DNA of 64,000 nucleotides from Bdellovibrionales bacterium (lineage in GTDB: Bacteria > Bdellovibrionota > Bdellovibrionia > Bdellovibrionales > UBA1609): positions 1-64,000 of the forward strand of contig JAWLHR010000017.1 of NCBI GenBank assembly GCA_041690295.1, in the 5' to 3' direction. The notes beneath the pieces are model-generated. The model saw nothing but the letters and a program-made list of their open reading frames with translations, was not told the DNA's origin and did not search any database. The translations under genes and the position numbers were made by a program. Positions 17,464 to 27,657 of the stretch are shown piece by piece (the first letter of the stretch is position 1; the number at the start of each line of letters is the position of its first letter).

Positions 17464-18849
17464 GTGAATTTCAATAATACGCTCCCGGTGATGCTCGCGA
17501 CTCTGGCACTTTCATTATCGGCTTGTTCTAAAACCACATTCTCCACGCAGAAGGCGGAAAAACTCAGTGGCACCAGCGTATTCGGCGATGAAGCGAATGG
17601 AAATATTCCGCAAGGTGATGACGCCAACGGAAACATCAATCAACCAAATGGCGGCGGTGATGCCTATGGCGGTATCGGTCAACCGAACGGTCCCGGTGGC
17701 CCCGCCAATGGAAACATCGGTCAGCCCAATGGTTCCGGCGGCCCCGCGAATGGTGGTCTCGTTCAACCCACGATCCCTGGAATGGGCGGTGGCACCGGTT
17801 CAGGAAACGGTAGCAGCAACGGTTCGAACATGCCCGGCGGTATGAATCCTTACATCCCGGGCTTGCCCGGAAATACCGGTTCAGCGCCTTTGATGGGCGA
17901 TACAAGCAAGCCAGCCTATTTAGTGACTCCAGGTCAATCCACCGAAAAAGTTTGGCTCTACTGCTCGGATGAAAATGTGAACATCCAAGGTCGTTCGAAC
18001 TTCAAAAAAGCGTACAACCTCAACGAACCGATTCAGCTCGCGGTCAATGGTTATCTTTGCTCCACCGATAAAGTCGCGATCCGTGCTCTTATCACGCAAG
18101 ACACTTTCTCGCTCGACCAACTTCGAGCGCTTTGTCCAAGCGTGGTGCCCAGCCACGGATTGGTCAGACCCGAGGTGTACGTCAACAATCGCACACTGAC
18201 TTACTATCAACCCAATTACTCCCGCCTTGAAGTGCACTGGGCGGCGAACAATAATCCCACCGCTGGCGACCAAAAAGACCAATTTTGCGATCGAGTGGAG
18301 TCTCCTCTTGTTGTTCATCTGACATCAAACGTGAATGACCCCAAACCCATCACGCTGACGGATAAAGCGAGAGGCATTTTCTTCGATCTGTTGGGTGCTT
18401 TGAACAACTATGTTCCCGTTCGAATCTCCTGGTTCACCAATGATGATTACGCCTTCATCACGCTCCCCGATCGTGACGGCGAAGTTAAAGGAATTGACCA
18501 ACTCTTCGGTAGCCGCACGCTGGGTCCTGATGGCCGATTCGCCGAAAATGGTTATGAGGCGCTGGCCAAGTATGACGACAACAACGACGGCTTCATCACC
18601 CGTGACGATCGCGTGTTCCACCGTCTCCGTCTCTGGACCGACTACAATAAAAACGGCCACTCGGAACCCGATGAGCTTCGCACTTTAAACTCCTACCGGA
18701 TTCAGTTCATCGATTTGAACTACTCCACGGATTACGCGGAAACCGACAACTGGGGTAACGAGACAAAAATGAAATCCGTGATCGGGTACGAAGACGGCTC
18801 GCTGGATCTGCTCTTCGATCTTTGGTTCGCGTACCGGCTGAGCTACTAG
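17464..18849 (+). CDS. Lipoprotein with C-terminal FrpC SPM/MIIA-like domain (Ser-Pro variant), paralog B
   Basis: GTG 17464 after GGAGG; lipobox LSAC; Gly/Asn/Pro linker; SPLV...FFD...QLFG..T...GYEALAKYDDNNDGFIT...LRLWTDYNKNG; clear paralog of 6833..8095. Confidence 0.75.
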   Translation: MNFNNTLPVMLATLALSLSACSKTTFSTQKAEKLSGTSVFGDEANGNIPQGDDANGNINQPNGGGDAYGGIGQPNGPGGPANGNIGQPNGSGGPANGGLVQPTIPGMGGGTGSGNGSSNGSNMPGGMNPYIPGLPGNTGSAPLMGDTSKPAYLVTPGQSTEKVWLYCSDENVNIQGRSNFKKAYNLNEPIQLAVNGYLCSTDKVAIRALITQDTFSLDQLRALCPSVVPSHGLVRPEVYVNNRTLTYYQPNYSRLEVHWAANNNPTAGDQKDQFCDRVESPLVVHLTSNVNDPKPITLTDKARGIFFDLLGALNNYVPVRISWFTNDDYAFITLPDRDGEVKGIDQLFGSRTLGPDGRFAENGYEALAKYDDNNDGFITRDDRVFHRLRLWTDYNKNGHSEPDELRTLNSYRIQFIDLNYSTDYAETDNWGNETKMKSVIGYEDGSLDLLFDLWFAYRLSY

Positions 18850-20738
18850 CCAAAGCCAAGGGCCGAAAGGCCCTGGTAGACCACAACGGCCGCGCCATAG
18901 GCCGCCAAATTCAGAGTTACGAGTTGCACTAAAGCAAACCGCCATGACGACATTTCCCGCCAAGTCACGCCGGTCGTTGAAAGGCATTGAAGCGCGAGCA
19001 TGAAGTAAATAATCAACGCGGACACGCTGGCGATCGTGAACAGCGGAGTTCCGTCCGGCCCCACCGCTTCGCGCATTTTGGTCAAAAGTCCCGCACGAAG
19101 GGAATCCTCGCTCTCATCAGCGATACTGAAAATCACCGCCAGCGAGGAAACAAAAACCTCGCGGGCCACAAAGGCCGAGACCATACCCAGCCCCGCCCGC
19201 CAATCCAATCCCATCGGGGTGAAGACAGGTTCGATCACTTGTCCGACCCGACCGATCACACTTTGTTCCAGTTGTTCGGTGGGCGTGGCCCCATCGATAT
19301 GGGGAAAGTGCGTTCCAACCCAAAGCACCATGACAAATGCAAAAATCGTCGGCCCCGCTTTTCGCACATACGAGGTCGTTCGGCGGGCCGCTTGACGTAA
19401 GACAAACGCCATTTTCGGTCGGCGATAAAACGGGAGTTCCATGAGAAAATGTGAACCGCCGCTTGTGCGCACGATCCGATTCAGGATGCCGGCCGCGACA
19501 CCACCTGAAATCAAACCGCCGATATAAAGCCCCGCCATCGCCAATCCGCCCTTCCAACTGGCCGATCCGGCGAAAAGAAAGGTCAGCAAGAGCGCATAGA
19601 CAGGAAGCCGGGCGGAACAAGTCATGAAAGGCAAAATAAAGACCGTGATCCATCGCTCGCGGGGTGAACGAATGTTCCTAGTGGCCATGACCGCCGGCAC
19701 GGCACACGCGAAGCCCGACAAGATGGGCACGAAGGATCGCCCGCTAAGCCCTATTTTTTGCAACGGCCGATCCACGATGGTGGCGGCGCGAGCGAGATAG
19801 CCTGAGTCTTCAAGCAAAATCAATCCGACAAAGAGAATGAATATTTGGGGAACAAAAACCAAAACCGCGCCGACGCCGGAAATAATTCCGTTGGCGACGA
19901 AATCCGCCAGCCACCCCTGTCCCAGGGCCTCAAATGAAAAGTTTGAAGCCGTTGAGAAAATCTCGTCGACCAAATCCATGAGAGGCGCCGCGAGCCAAAA
20001 AATCGACGAAAAGAGCGCGCCCATGATGACAACAAATGCCACCAATCCCCAAACGGGATGTAAAAACCACTGATCCCAACGGCGCAATCGATCGAAGGAT
20101 TTCTCTTTGTTCGTGGATTGAAGAACTTCGTTGGTCCACGCTTCACTGATGGCGATTTCCTTTTCAATGCGGTCCGCATCCCAATCCAAAACTCGGCCGT
20201 TCGCGCGAGGAGTCCCGTTGAACCTGGCCATCTCCCGAGCGCAGGCCAAAACCTCCTTCACACCGCCACCGAGACGGCCGTCGATTTCGATCACCGGCGC
20301 GCCAATGAGCTCACTTAATCTTTGAACGTTGATCGTGCGGCCCGACCCGCGAACCAGATCGACCATGGTCAACGCCACAATGAAGGGAATTTTTAATTCG
20401 AGGATTTGCCGAATGAGATAAAGCTGGCGATTCAATTGCGTGCCATCGATGACCACGATCACCGATTTCACATCCTGACGCTCGGTCAGCGCCTTGAATG
20501 TGACTTCTTCATCGGGACCATGGGGCTGAAGGCTGTAAATGCCGGGTGTATCAAGGATTTTTAGAGGATCACCATACACGGGAAGGCTTCGCCCCTGGTG
20601 GCATTCAACCGTGCTCCCCGCATAGTTCACAGTCTTGGCACGGGACCCAGTGAGCCAGTTAAAAAGCGTTGTTTTACCCGAGTTCGGGGAGCCTACGAGT
20701 GCGAGAGTTTCCGGCATGTCTAACGAATCTGAAGACAT
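18846..20738 (-). CDS. feoB: Ferrous iron transporter FeoB
   Basis: GSPNSGKTT, NYAGSTVE and DTPG G-domain motifs; LEDSGYLARAA, GFACAVPAVMATR and CSARLP membrane motifs. Confidence 0.95.
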   Translation of the reverse strand: MSSDSLDMPETLALVGSPNSGKTTLFNWLTGSRAKTVNYAGSTVECHQGRSLPVYGDPLKILDTPGIYSLQPHGPDEEVTFKALTERQDVKSVIVVIDGTQLNRQLYLIRQILELKIPFIVALTMVDLVRGSGRTINVQRLSELIGAPVIEIDGRLGGGVKEVLACAREMARFNGTPRANGRVLDWDADRIEKEIAISEAWTNEVLQSTNKEKSFDRLRRWDQWFLHPVWGLVAFVVIMGALFSSIFWLAAPLMDLVDEIFSTASNFSFEALGQGWLADFVANGIISGVGAVLVFVPQIFILFVGLILLEDSGYLARAATIVDRPLQKIGLSGRSFVPILSGFACAVPAVMATRNIRSPRERWITVFILPFMTCSARLPVYALLLTFLFAGSASWKGGLAMAGLYIGGLISGGVAAGILNRIVRTSGGSHFLMELPFYRRPKMAFVLRQAARRTTSYVRKAGPTIFAFVMVLWVGTHFPHIDGATPTEQLEQSVIGRVGQVIEPVFTPMGLDWRAGLGMVSAFVAREVFVSSLAVIFSIADESEDSLRAGLLTKMREAVGPDGTPLFTIASVSALIIYFMLALQCLSTTGVTWREMSSWRFALVQLVTLNLAAYGAAVVVYQGLSALGFG

Positions 20739-20995
20739 TCGGCCTCAGCGCTGCGCAAGGCCAGAACGCTATCATGCAACTGCACGATCAGCGGTCCATT
20801 GAATGGAGCACGCCCCAAAAGACGTACGGTGCAATCGATATGAAACCCCATCTCCCGCAAGCGCCTGGCCAGGCCCGGCTCCCCAACAATGTTGGCGATC
20901 CGGTAACTCTCAAATAAAGGGGCATGGATAAGGGATTTCACTGATGCTAAATTAAGCCCAAAACCGCCTTTCTTGAAGCCTTTTGTCGAAGACAT
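20720..20995 (-). CDS. feoA: Ferrous iron transport protein FeoA
   Basis: RRLREMGF...RAPFNGPLIV...LALRSAEA; lies upstream of feoB; start uncertain. Confidence 0.85.
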   Translation of the reverse strand: MSSTKGFKKGGFGLNLASVKSLIHAPLFESYRIANIVGEPGLARRLREMGFHIDCTVRLLGRAPFNGPLIVQLHDSVLALRSAEAECLQIR

Positions 20996-21092
20996 CTCAT
21001 TGTGAAACCCAATTGAAACCGAGTTCGGGCTCTAGTTAATAATGACAATAAGCGTGTTCGATGGCACTACCTGTAGCGGACAAGGAGCGGGA

Positions 21093-22043
21093 ATGAAATA
21101 CAACAATATATTGGAAGTGATCGGCCATACCCCATTGGTCCGCATCAATACTATGGCCCAGGGTCTGAAATGTAACCTGTACGCCAAGTGCGAATTTCTA
21201 AACCCGGGCGGCTCCGTTAAAGACCGGATCGGCTACAACATGGTTAAGGAAGCGGAGAGAACCGGCCGCATCAAACGGGGTGACACGCTGATTGAACCCA
21301 CCAGCGGCAATACGGGTATCGGAATCGCTCTCGCCGGCGCCGTTTTCGGCTACCGGGTGATCATCACACTTCCTGAAAAGATGAGCCGCGAAAAGCAGGT
21401 CATCCTTGAAGCGCTCGGCGCGGAAATCATCCGCACACCCACCGAGGCCGCCTGGGATTCGCCGGAAAGTCACATCGGCGTGGCCAAACGGCTTCAAAAG
21501 GAAATCCCCCGGGCCCACATTCTCGACCAGTATTCCAATCCCGCGAACCCCGATGCCCACTACCACGGCACGGGAGCGGAAATCATCGAGGATCTCGACG
21601 GTAAAGTGGACATGGTGGTGGTCTCGGCGGGAACCGGTGGAACGATCACCGGCATCGCTCGACGTTTGAAAGAGCATAATCCGAAATGCAAGATCGTCGG
21701 CGTCGACCCGGTGGGTTCGATTCTGGCTGGCGGAGACCAAGTGGGCACTTACCTCGTTGAGGGTATCGGCTATGATTTCATTCCTGAAGTCTTGGATCGC
21801 TCGCTGATCGACCAGTGGGTGAAAACTGAAGATAAAGAGTCTTTCCAAACCGCTCGCCGCTTGATCCGCGAAGAGGGCCTTTTGGTGGGTGGATCCAGTG
21901 GGGCCACCATGTGGGGTGCTTTACAAGTGGCTAAAGACCTCGACGCCGGTCAAAATTGCGTGGTCGTTCTCGCCGATGGCGTGCGCAATTATATGACCAA
22001 ATTCCTCGACAACGAGTGGATGAAAAAGCACGGATTCGTATGA
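21093..22043 (+). CDS. cbs: Cystathionine beta-synthase (PLP, catalytic core only)
   Basis: [41 protein letters not shown] and [11 protein letters not shown] 21093 with AAGGAG SD. Confidence 0.85.
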   Translation: MKYNNILEVIGHTPLVRINTMAQGLKCNLYAKCEFLNPGGSVKDRIGYNMVKEAERTGRIKRGDTLIEPTSGNTGIGIALAGAVFGYRVIITLPEKMSREKQVILEALGAEIIRTPTEAAWDSPESHIGVAKRLQKEIPRAHILDQYSNPANPDAHYHGTGAEIIEDLDGKVDMVVVSAGTGGTITGIARRLKEHNPKCKIVGVDPVGSILAGGDQVGTYLVEGIGYDFIPEVLDRSLIDQWVKTEDKESFQTARRLIREEGLLVGGSSGATMWGALQVAKDLDAGQNCVVVLADGVRNYMTKFLDNEWMKKHGFV

Positions 22044-22669
22044 TTCTGCGGCCGTCCGGCGGTCTTTATTATCACTGGCGTGCGCTTCGCCATCGCCATC
22101 TCTGGCGGCCTTTTCAAACCGCTCTGGAAGGCTGGCTCGCCAACTGGCCATGCCCGAAGAACGAGCTGGTTTTACTGGGTCCTAGCGCTGGATATACGCT
22201 CCCCACCGCCTGGCTGAGAGGTTTTTCGAAGATCACGGCCTATGATCTTGATCCGCTCGCCAGCCGGCTTTTCAACTGGCGCCATTCACCGCTTGAGGTG
22301 AATTTCGTGCGGCGGAATTTGTTTTGGGAAAATCGAAGGCTGTCCCTTATGCCTTTGAAATCAGTGGCACTGAGCCATCCGGACGCCGTTTTCTTATTTT
22401 GCAATGTCCTGGGGCAGGTCCTCTTGGAAGGCCAAGCGAGCGAAGAGGAATGGCGCGAGTATCTTTTTGAACTCCGCCGTCTCCTGCGCGACAGGTACTG
22501 GGCGAGCTACCACGACGAGTTCAGCACCCATGGCAACACCCGCATCGATCACCTGACCAACGGCGAATGGTGCGCCGGTTTACCGATTGAGCGTTTCCAT
22601 TGGCAACTGGATAAAAAACGGCGGCACGAAGTGGCCGCCGTCTTTCACAATCCGAAAATGTCAGATTAG
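22040..22669 (+). CDS. Hypothetical protein, possible degenerate SAM-methyltransferase-like fold
   Basis: ATGA overlap with cbs; [10 protein letters not shown] and ITAYDLDP resemble Rossmann motifs I and II. Confidence 0.5.
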   Translation: MILRPSGGLYYHWRALRHRHLWRPFQTALEGWLANWPCPKNELVLLGPSAGYTLPTAWLRGFSKITAYDLDPLASRLFNWRHSPLEVNFVRRNLFWENRRLSLMPLKSVALSHPDAVFLFCNVLGQVLLEGQASEEEWREYLFELRRLLRDRYWASYHDEFSTHGNTRIDHLTNGEWCAGLPIERFHWQLDKKRRHEVAAVFHNPKMSD

Positions 22670-23523
22670 TTGGATTTCGGTTTGGCTTTCTTAGGAACGC
22701 GCTTTTCCAATGAGGCCGCTTTGCGTTTGGCCGCGGCGGCACGGGCCGCCTTTTCTTTCGCCCGCTCGCGAGCGTCCTCAGCTTCGATTTCAGCTTCGCG
22801 GATCCGGTCTTGAAGCCGCGCGACTTCCTGCTCTTGCGCGATCACCTTGCGCTCATATTCGTCCGCTTTCAATTTGGCGGCGTTGTAATTGGCCTTCAGT
22901 TCTTCAAGCTTGCGAAGATTGGCGGCTTTGCGTTTAGCCGTATCGGCTTCCACCTTCTTCAAGCGTGCGGTGGCTTCTTTGAGCTGCCCTTCTTTAAATT
23001 TATAATCCTTGCGTGCGTTTTCCACCTCGAGGGTGAGCTTATCGTCTTCGACTTTCAAATCACCCATTTTGGTGGAAGCTTCGGACAGTTTTTTCTTCTG
23101 CTCCTCACGCATTTGCTTGAGTGTTTCATTTTGTGAACGCAGTTTTTCAACCTTGGTGGTGAGATTTTTCACCTTGTTATCAAGTGTGGCGATCTCTTTG
23201 AGCGCGGCCGCACTTTCTTTTTTATAACGGGCTTGGTCTTTCGTGAGCTGAGCGATTTCCGCTTCAAGGGCTTTGATTTCTTTGGTCGCTTGAGCTTTTC
23301 GGGCGATCGCGGCGGCTTTGTCCTTCGCGGCTTGAGCTTTCAATGCATCTCGCTCGGCGCGCTCGCGGGCGGCCCGGTCTCGCAAAGCTTTCGCTTGCTC
23401 GGAGGTGGCGTCCGCTTCGCCCATTATTTCTTCAGCTTGTACGTCAAAATCATCATCCGCTGTCGCCGCCGGCGAAAGCAAAACGCAGCCGATGACAAGA
23501 ACTAAGTAAACAACGTGTCGCAT
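22666..23523 (-). CDS. Secreted long coiled-coil protein
   Basis: ATG 23523 with GAGG SD; signal peptide ending AATA; A/E/K-rich heptads throughout; basic C-terminal tail. Confidence 0.75.
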   Translation of the reverse strand: MRHVVYLVLVIGCVLLSPAATADDDFDVQAEEIMGEADATSEQAKALRDRAARERAERDALKAQAAKDKAAAIARKAQATKEIKALEAEIAQLTKDQARYKKESAAALKEIATLDNKVKNLTTKVEKLRSQNETLKQMREEQKKKLSEASTKMGDLKVEDDKLTLEVENARKDYKFKEGQLKEATARLKKVEADTAKRKAANLRKLEELKANYNAAKLKADEYERKVIAQEQEVARLQDRIREAEIEAEDARERAKEKAARAAAAKRKAASLEKRVPKKAKPKSN

Positions 23524-23691
23524 GGCCTCTCCTCTAAAAGTCTTGTCGGAGGCTGAAGCTCGAGTCTTAACGCCGCACTTAGGGCTGCACAAATTTCCTC
23601 ATCAACCCATTTTAGAACCGCTATTAAACCATACTTGTGCACTGCGTTACATGACAAGTGCTCTAAATTCTTCATGAAGCGTAAAACGTTT

Positions 23692-23707
23692 TGGCACCCC
23701 ACTTGCT
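23692..23707 (+). promoter_or_regulatory. Sigma54 (-24/-12) promoter
   Basis: TGGCACCCCACTTGCT: GG (23693-94), N10, GC (23705-06) matches the TGGCAC-N5-TTGCW consensus. Confidence 0.7.
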
Positions 23708-23717
23708 TAAGCGAAAG

Positions 23718-23772
23718 GTTCCCCCCTTGGCGACCTGGTCCCCCTCCTTACCCTCCAGGTCGCTTTTTTTTT
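23718..23772 (+). ncRNA. Candidate ~55-nt C-rich small RNA
   Basis: Lies between the sigma54 promoter and an intrinsic terminator; no ORF; loop TCCCCCTCCTTACCCT. Confidence 0.55.
23730..23772 (+). terminator. Rho-independent terminator
   Basis: GCGACCTGG/CCAGGTCGC 9-bp stem followed by T9. Confidence 0.8.
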
Positions 23773-23844
23773 GCTCTTCGAAGGCCAAGAGAAGGTCCGG
23801 CAAGACTCCGTTACGCTCGTGCAAAAACTTAAAATTAAGGGTCT

Positions 23845-24624
23845 ATGCTCATTAAATCCGTCATTCTTCTCGCCTTTGCCCATTCTTGTGAAGTTATGGC
23901 GGCGACACCGATGACCGTGATGATCGATCCCGGTCATGGCGGACGAGACAAAGGCGCCACCCGCCGTCATGTACATGAGTCAAATATCACCTTGAAAGTG
24001 GGGTTAATGCTCCACGCGATGTTAAAAAATGACCGGTCATTTCGTCCGATTTTGACCCGTTCGACGGATCGAACAGTTTCTCTGACCGAGCGGGCCCGCG
24101 CCGCCAAAGAGCATAATGCCGACGTTTTACTCAGCATCCACGTGAACGCATCCCCGGATCCTCGAGCCAAAGGAGCGGAGTTTTATTTTCAGAATCAACT
24201 TCATGCCGACGACGAATCCCTCTACTTGGCGCACCAGGAAAATTTTCTCGAGTCCGGCAACTCCTCGGATGTTCCCACCTACCCGTTTCTGGATCAGAAC
24301 TCCTATCCGCCGGATGTGTCCTCGATCGTGTTCGATCTCTTGAGCGGCCACCGTGTCTGGCGCAGCTCCAAGCTGGCCAAGTCCTTGAAGATGCGCTGGC
24401 GCGGAACCCGCAAAGGCCGCAACAACAGTGTTCGTCAGGCTCCGTTTTTCGTGCTCTCGCAAGTGACCACGCCCTCCTCTCTAGTTGAACTCGGCTTTCT
24501 TTCAAACAGTGAGGACTTCGTGGACCTGACCGATGACCAAAAACTTCTTAAGATGGCCCAGGATCTCCACCAGGGGTTGATTGCTTACAAAGAATCGGTG
24601 GACAAAGCCATCGTGAGCCCTTAA
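23845..24624 (+). CDS. N-acetylmuramoyl-L-alanine amidase (Amidase_3)
   Basis: IDPGHGG.D.GA, E, LSIHVNA, QAPFFVL and LVELGFLSN; signal peptide. Confidence 0.9.
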   Translation: MLIKSVILLAFAHSCEVMAATPMTVMIDPGHGGRDKGATRRHVHESNITLKVGLMLHAMLKNDRSFRPILTRSTDRTVSLTERARAAKEHNADVLLSIHVNASPDPRAKGAEFYFQNQLHADDESLYLAHQENFLESGNSSDVPTYPFLDQNSYPPDVSSIVFDLLSGHRVWRSSKLAKSLKMRWRGTRKGRNNSVRQAPFFVLSQVTTPSSLVELGFLSNSEDFVDLTDDQKLLKMAQDLHQGLIAYKESVDKAIVSP

Positions 24625-24635
24625 GACAGCAGTCC

Positions 24636-25367
24636 ATGCGTTTAGACAATCGAAAAACCAATGAGTTACGTCCGCTTCGTTTGCGCGGCGAAGTGATTCG
24701 CTATGCCGAAGGAAGCGTGGAAATCGAGATTGGACACACGCGGGTCATCTGCACGGCTTCCGTCGATCCGTCGGTGCCGAAGTGGTTGAGTGGGACCGGA
24801 AGTGGCTGGGTGACCGCCGAGTATGGGATGCTTCCCCGCTCCACCCACACCCGGATTTCGCGCGAGCGCGCCATGAGCAGCGGACGCACCCAGGAAATCT
24901 CGCGCCTGATCGGACGAAGTTTAAGAGCGGCCGTGGATCTTAAAGCCCTTGGCGAACGGCAGATCCAGGTGGATTGCGATGTGATCCAAGCCGATGGCGG
25001 AACCCGCACAGCGGCCATCAACGGTGGCTTCGTGGCCTTGGCGCTGGCCTTGAATTTTCTGAAAAACCAAGGACAAATCACAACCGTTCCGTTGAAGCAT
25101 TATGTTTCAGCGATCAGCGTGGGATTATTAAATGACCAGGTTTTGTTGGATCTGAATTATGACGAAGATTCCGCCTGTCAGACGGATATGAACTTTGTGA
25201 TGACCAACTCCGGCGACTTCGTTGAGGTGCAAGGCACGGCGGAAAGCGGCGCCTTCAGCAAGAACCAGATGGATGAAATGGCGATGGTCGCGGCCGCCGG
25301 TTGCCGCGAGATTTTCATGCGGCAGGCGGAAATCGTCGGCCCGATTTTTCCCCTCAAAATGTCATGA
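24636..25367 (+). CDS. rph: Ribonuclease PH
   Basis: [29 protein letters not shown] and [16 protein letters not shown]. Confidence 0.97.
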   Translation: MRLDNRKTNELRPLRLRGEVIRYAEGSVEIEIGHTRVICTASVDPSVPKWLSGTGSGWVTAEYGMLPRSTHTRISRERAMSSGRTQEISRLIGRSLRAAVDLKALGERQIQVDCDVIQADGGTRTAAINGGFVALALALNFLKNQGQITTVPLKHYVSAISVGLLNDQVLLDLNYDEDSACQTDMNFVMTNSGDFVEVQGTAESGAFSKNQMDEMAMVAAAGCREIFMRQAEIVGPIFPLKMS

Positions 25368-25954
25368 GCACCGCGCTTTGGATCGCCACCACGAGCACAG
25401 GTAAATTGAACGAATTTAAAAGTCTGATGGGTGACCGCGTGGAGATCCATTCCGCCGGCGAGCTGAGCTATTACTCCAGCCCACCGGAAACCGGGCAGAG
25501 CTTCGAAGAAAACGCCCGAATCAAAGCCCGCGCCTTGAAAGCCCTTAAACCCGGCACGTGGGTTGTGGCCGATGACAGCGGGCTCGAAGTTGAAGGGCTT
25601 GGTGGATTACCTGGCATCCATTCCGCGCGCTATGCGGGAGATAAGGCCTCGGATCGCGAGAACGTCGCGAAACTCCTGAAAATGGTGCAGATCCGAACAC
25701 CGCAGAACCGAAAAGCTCAATTTCGCTGCGTTTTGGTGGCTTATGATCCGGATGGAAACGAGCACACGCTTGAAGGGATCGTGACGGGTCAGATCGCGAC
25801 CCAAGCGCGGGGGACGTCAGGATTCGGTTATGATCCCGTGTTCATCCCCGATGGACATGATCAAACTTTCAGCGAATTGGGCCCAGCGGTAAAAAATCAG
25901 CTCTCCCACCGGGCACAAGCGATACGCCAATTAATCGCCTTGATGCGGGTTTAA
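25364..25954 (+). CDS. rdgB: dITP/XTP pyrophosphatase
   Basis: [24 protein letters not shown] and [10 protein letters not shown] 25364 overlaps the rph stop. Confidence 0.95.
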   Translation: MSTALWIATTSTGKLNEFKSLMGDRVEIHSAGELSYYSSPPETGQSFEENARIKARALKALKPGTWVVADDSGLEVEGLGGLPGIHSARYAGDKASDRENVAKLLKMVQIRTPQNRKAQFRCVLVAYDPDGNEHTLEGIVTGQIATQARGTSGFGYDPVFIPDGHDQTFSELGPAVKNQLSHRAQAIRQLIALMRV

Positions 25955-25978
25955 TACTGGGATAAGTTTCTCAGTCCC

Positions 25979-26926
25979 ATGACTCGAATGAAGATCTTCT
26001 CAGGCAATTCAAATATTGAGTTCGCGCGCAAAGTCGCCGAATGCGCGGGCGTGGAACTCGGTCACTGCGACATCGGACGTTTCGCCGATGGCGAAGTGCA
26101 AGTGGAAATTCATGAGAGTGTACGTGGTTGCAATGTCTTCTTGATTCAAAGCACGAATCCGCCGGTCAATGAAAATTATATGGAGTGCTTTATGATACTG
26201 GATGCCCTCAAACGGGCGTCCGCGGCGGAAATCACCCTGGTCATGCCCTACTACGGTTACGCCCGCCAGGATCGCAAAGTGGCGCCCCGGGCCCCGATTT
26301 CGGCCAAATGCGTGGCGGAACTCGTGGCCACGGCTGGAGCGGACCGGCTGGTTGTGGTGGACCTCCACGCTTCGCAGATCCAGGGGTTCTTTAACGGCCC
26401 GGTGGACCACCTTTTCGCCATCCCCACGCTGGCTCGCGCCTGGCGCGAGGAAATGGGCTATGGCGATGAGTATGTCTGCGTCAGTCCGGACGCGGGCGGG
26501 GTAGAGCGGGTCCGGGCTTTTGCCAAGCGCATTGAATCGTCCATTGCCATTATCGATAAGCGCCGGACCGGCCCCAATGAGGCGAAAGCGTATCACCTGA
26601 TCGGTGATGTGAAGGGCAAAACGGCGGTTATATTAGACGATATGATCGATACCGCCGGAACCCTGGTCCAGGCGGTTGACAGCCTGCTTAACAATGGGGC
26701 AAAACGGGTTTTTGCCGTCGCCACCCACCCTGTTCTTTCTGGTCCCGCCCTCACTCGTTTGCAAGAGAGCGGTGTTGAGAAAGTTTGGGTGACGGACACC
26801 ATCCCGCTTAAGGAAGCGGCTCGAAATTCACCTAAATTCAAGGTGGTTTCGGTGGCCCCGGTGGTCGCGGAAGCGATTCGCCGGATTTACACGTACGATT
26901 CGGTCAGCGCATTGTTTGATAACTAG
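25979..26926 (+). CDS. prs: Ribose-phosphate pyrophosphokinase
   Basis: PYYGYARQDRK, DLHASQIQGFF, VSPDAGG and DDMIDTAGT. Confidence 0.97.
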   Translation: MTRMKIFSGNSNIEFARKVAECAGVELGHCDIGRFADGEVQVEIHESVRGCNVFLIQSTNPPVNENYMECFMILDALKRASAAEITLVMPYYGYARQDRKVAPRAPISAKCVAELVATAGADRLVVVDLHASQIQGFFNGPVDHLFAIPTLARAWREEMGYGDEYVCVSPDAGGVERVRAFAKRIESSIAIIDKRRTGPNEAKAYHLIGDVKGKTAVILDDMIDTAGTLVQAVDSLLNNGAKRVFAVATHPVLSGPALTRLQESGVEKVWVTDTIPLKEAARNSPKFKVVSVAPVVAEAIRRIYTYDSVSALFDN

Positions 26927-26958
26927 TTTGAGGAAGACGAGAAAGAGGAGCGATTCCC

Positions 26959-27642
26959 ATGGCAAGCACGCAAGAAATCAAAATTAAAGCCAACACTCGG
27001 GTGGCCGGAAAAGGCGTCGCCCGCGGACTGCGTAAGGGTCGCTACGTTCCCGCGATCGTTTATGGACCGAAAACCAAACCTTTGACGATTTCGATTCCTG
27101 AAACCGACGCCGTGAAATATGCCAAGACAGGATTTGAAAACTCGATCTTCACATTTGAATCGACCGACGGTGAATTAAACGGCATGCGCGTTTTGCGTAA
27201 GTCGATGGATATTCACCCCGTTTCCCGCCGGCCCGTTCACATGGACTTCTTCGCGCCCGATATGACTCAGAAAGTGCGCGTGAATGTTGAAGTTCGTATT
27301 ACCGGAAAAGCTCGCGGAACGGCCGACGGCGGTCTCGTCACCGTGGTTCGCCGTGAAGTTGAAATCGAATGTTTGCCTTTGGAAATTCCACCCTTCTTCG
27401 AATTGGACGTGACCGACTTGGGATTGAACGACTCGATGCACGTTTCTGATATTAAGTTCCCCGAGAACTTGAAGGTCGTCACCAGCATGGATGAGACCAT
27501 AGTCACTTGTGCGGAAGTTAAAGAAGAAGAAATCGCGCCCACTTCGGAAGCGGCCGCCACGCCCGAAGCTGGTGCCGCCGCGGCTCCCGCCGCTGGAGCT
27601 GCTCCGGCTGCGGACGCCGGCGCTGCCGAAAAGAAAAAATAA
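26959..27642 (+). CDS. rplY: 50S ribosomal protein L25/Ctc
   Basis: VPAIVYG and HMDF motifs; TL5 C-terminal domain; prs-rplY-pth synteny. Confidence 0.95.
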   Translation: MASTQEIKIKANTRVAGKGVARGLRKGRYVPAIVYGPKTKPLTISIPETDAVKYAKTGFENSIFTFESTDGELNGMRVLRKSMDIHPVSRRPVHMDFFAPDMTQKVRVNVEVRITGKARGTADGGLVTVVRREVEIECLPLEIPPFFELDVTDLGLNDSMHVSDIKFPENLKVVTSMDETIVTCAEVKEEEIAPTSEAAATPEAGAAAAPAAGAAPAADAGAAEKKK

Positions 27643-27657
27643 TCTTCCGAGGGCTGG

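Noticed and set aside
6833..18849. Invertible (phase-variable) fibre cassette
   Set aside because: The flanking paralogs are in direct orientation, and I saw no inverted recombination sites or recombinase
20990..21050. Fur box upstream of feoA
   Set aside because: The region is AT-rich and a site is plausible, but there is no convincing GATAATGATAATCATTATC-like match
25955..25978. tRNA often found near rdgB or upstream of prs
   Set aside because: The gap is only 24 nt, and no cloverleaf or T-loop motif was recognised here or elsewhere in the window
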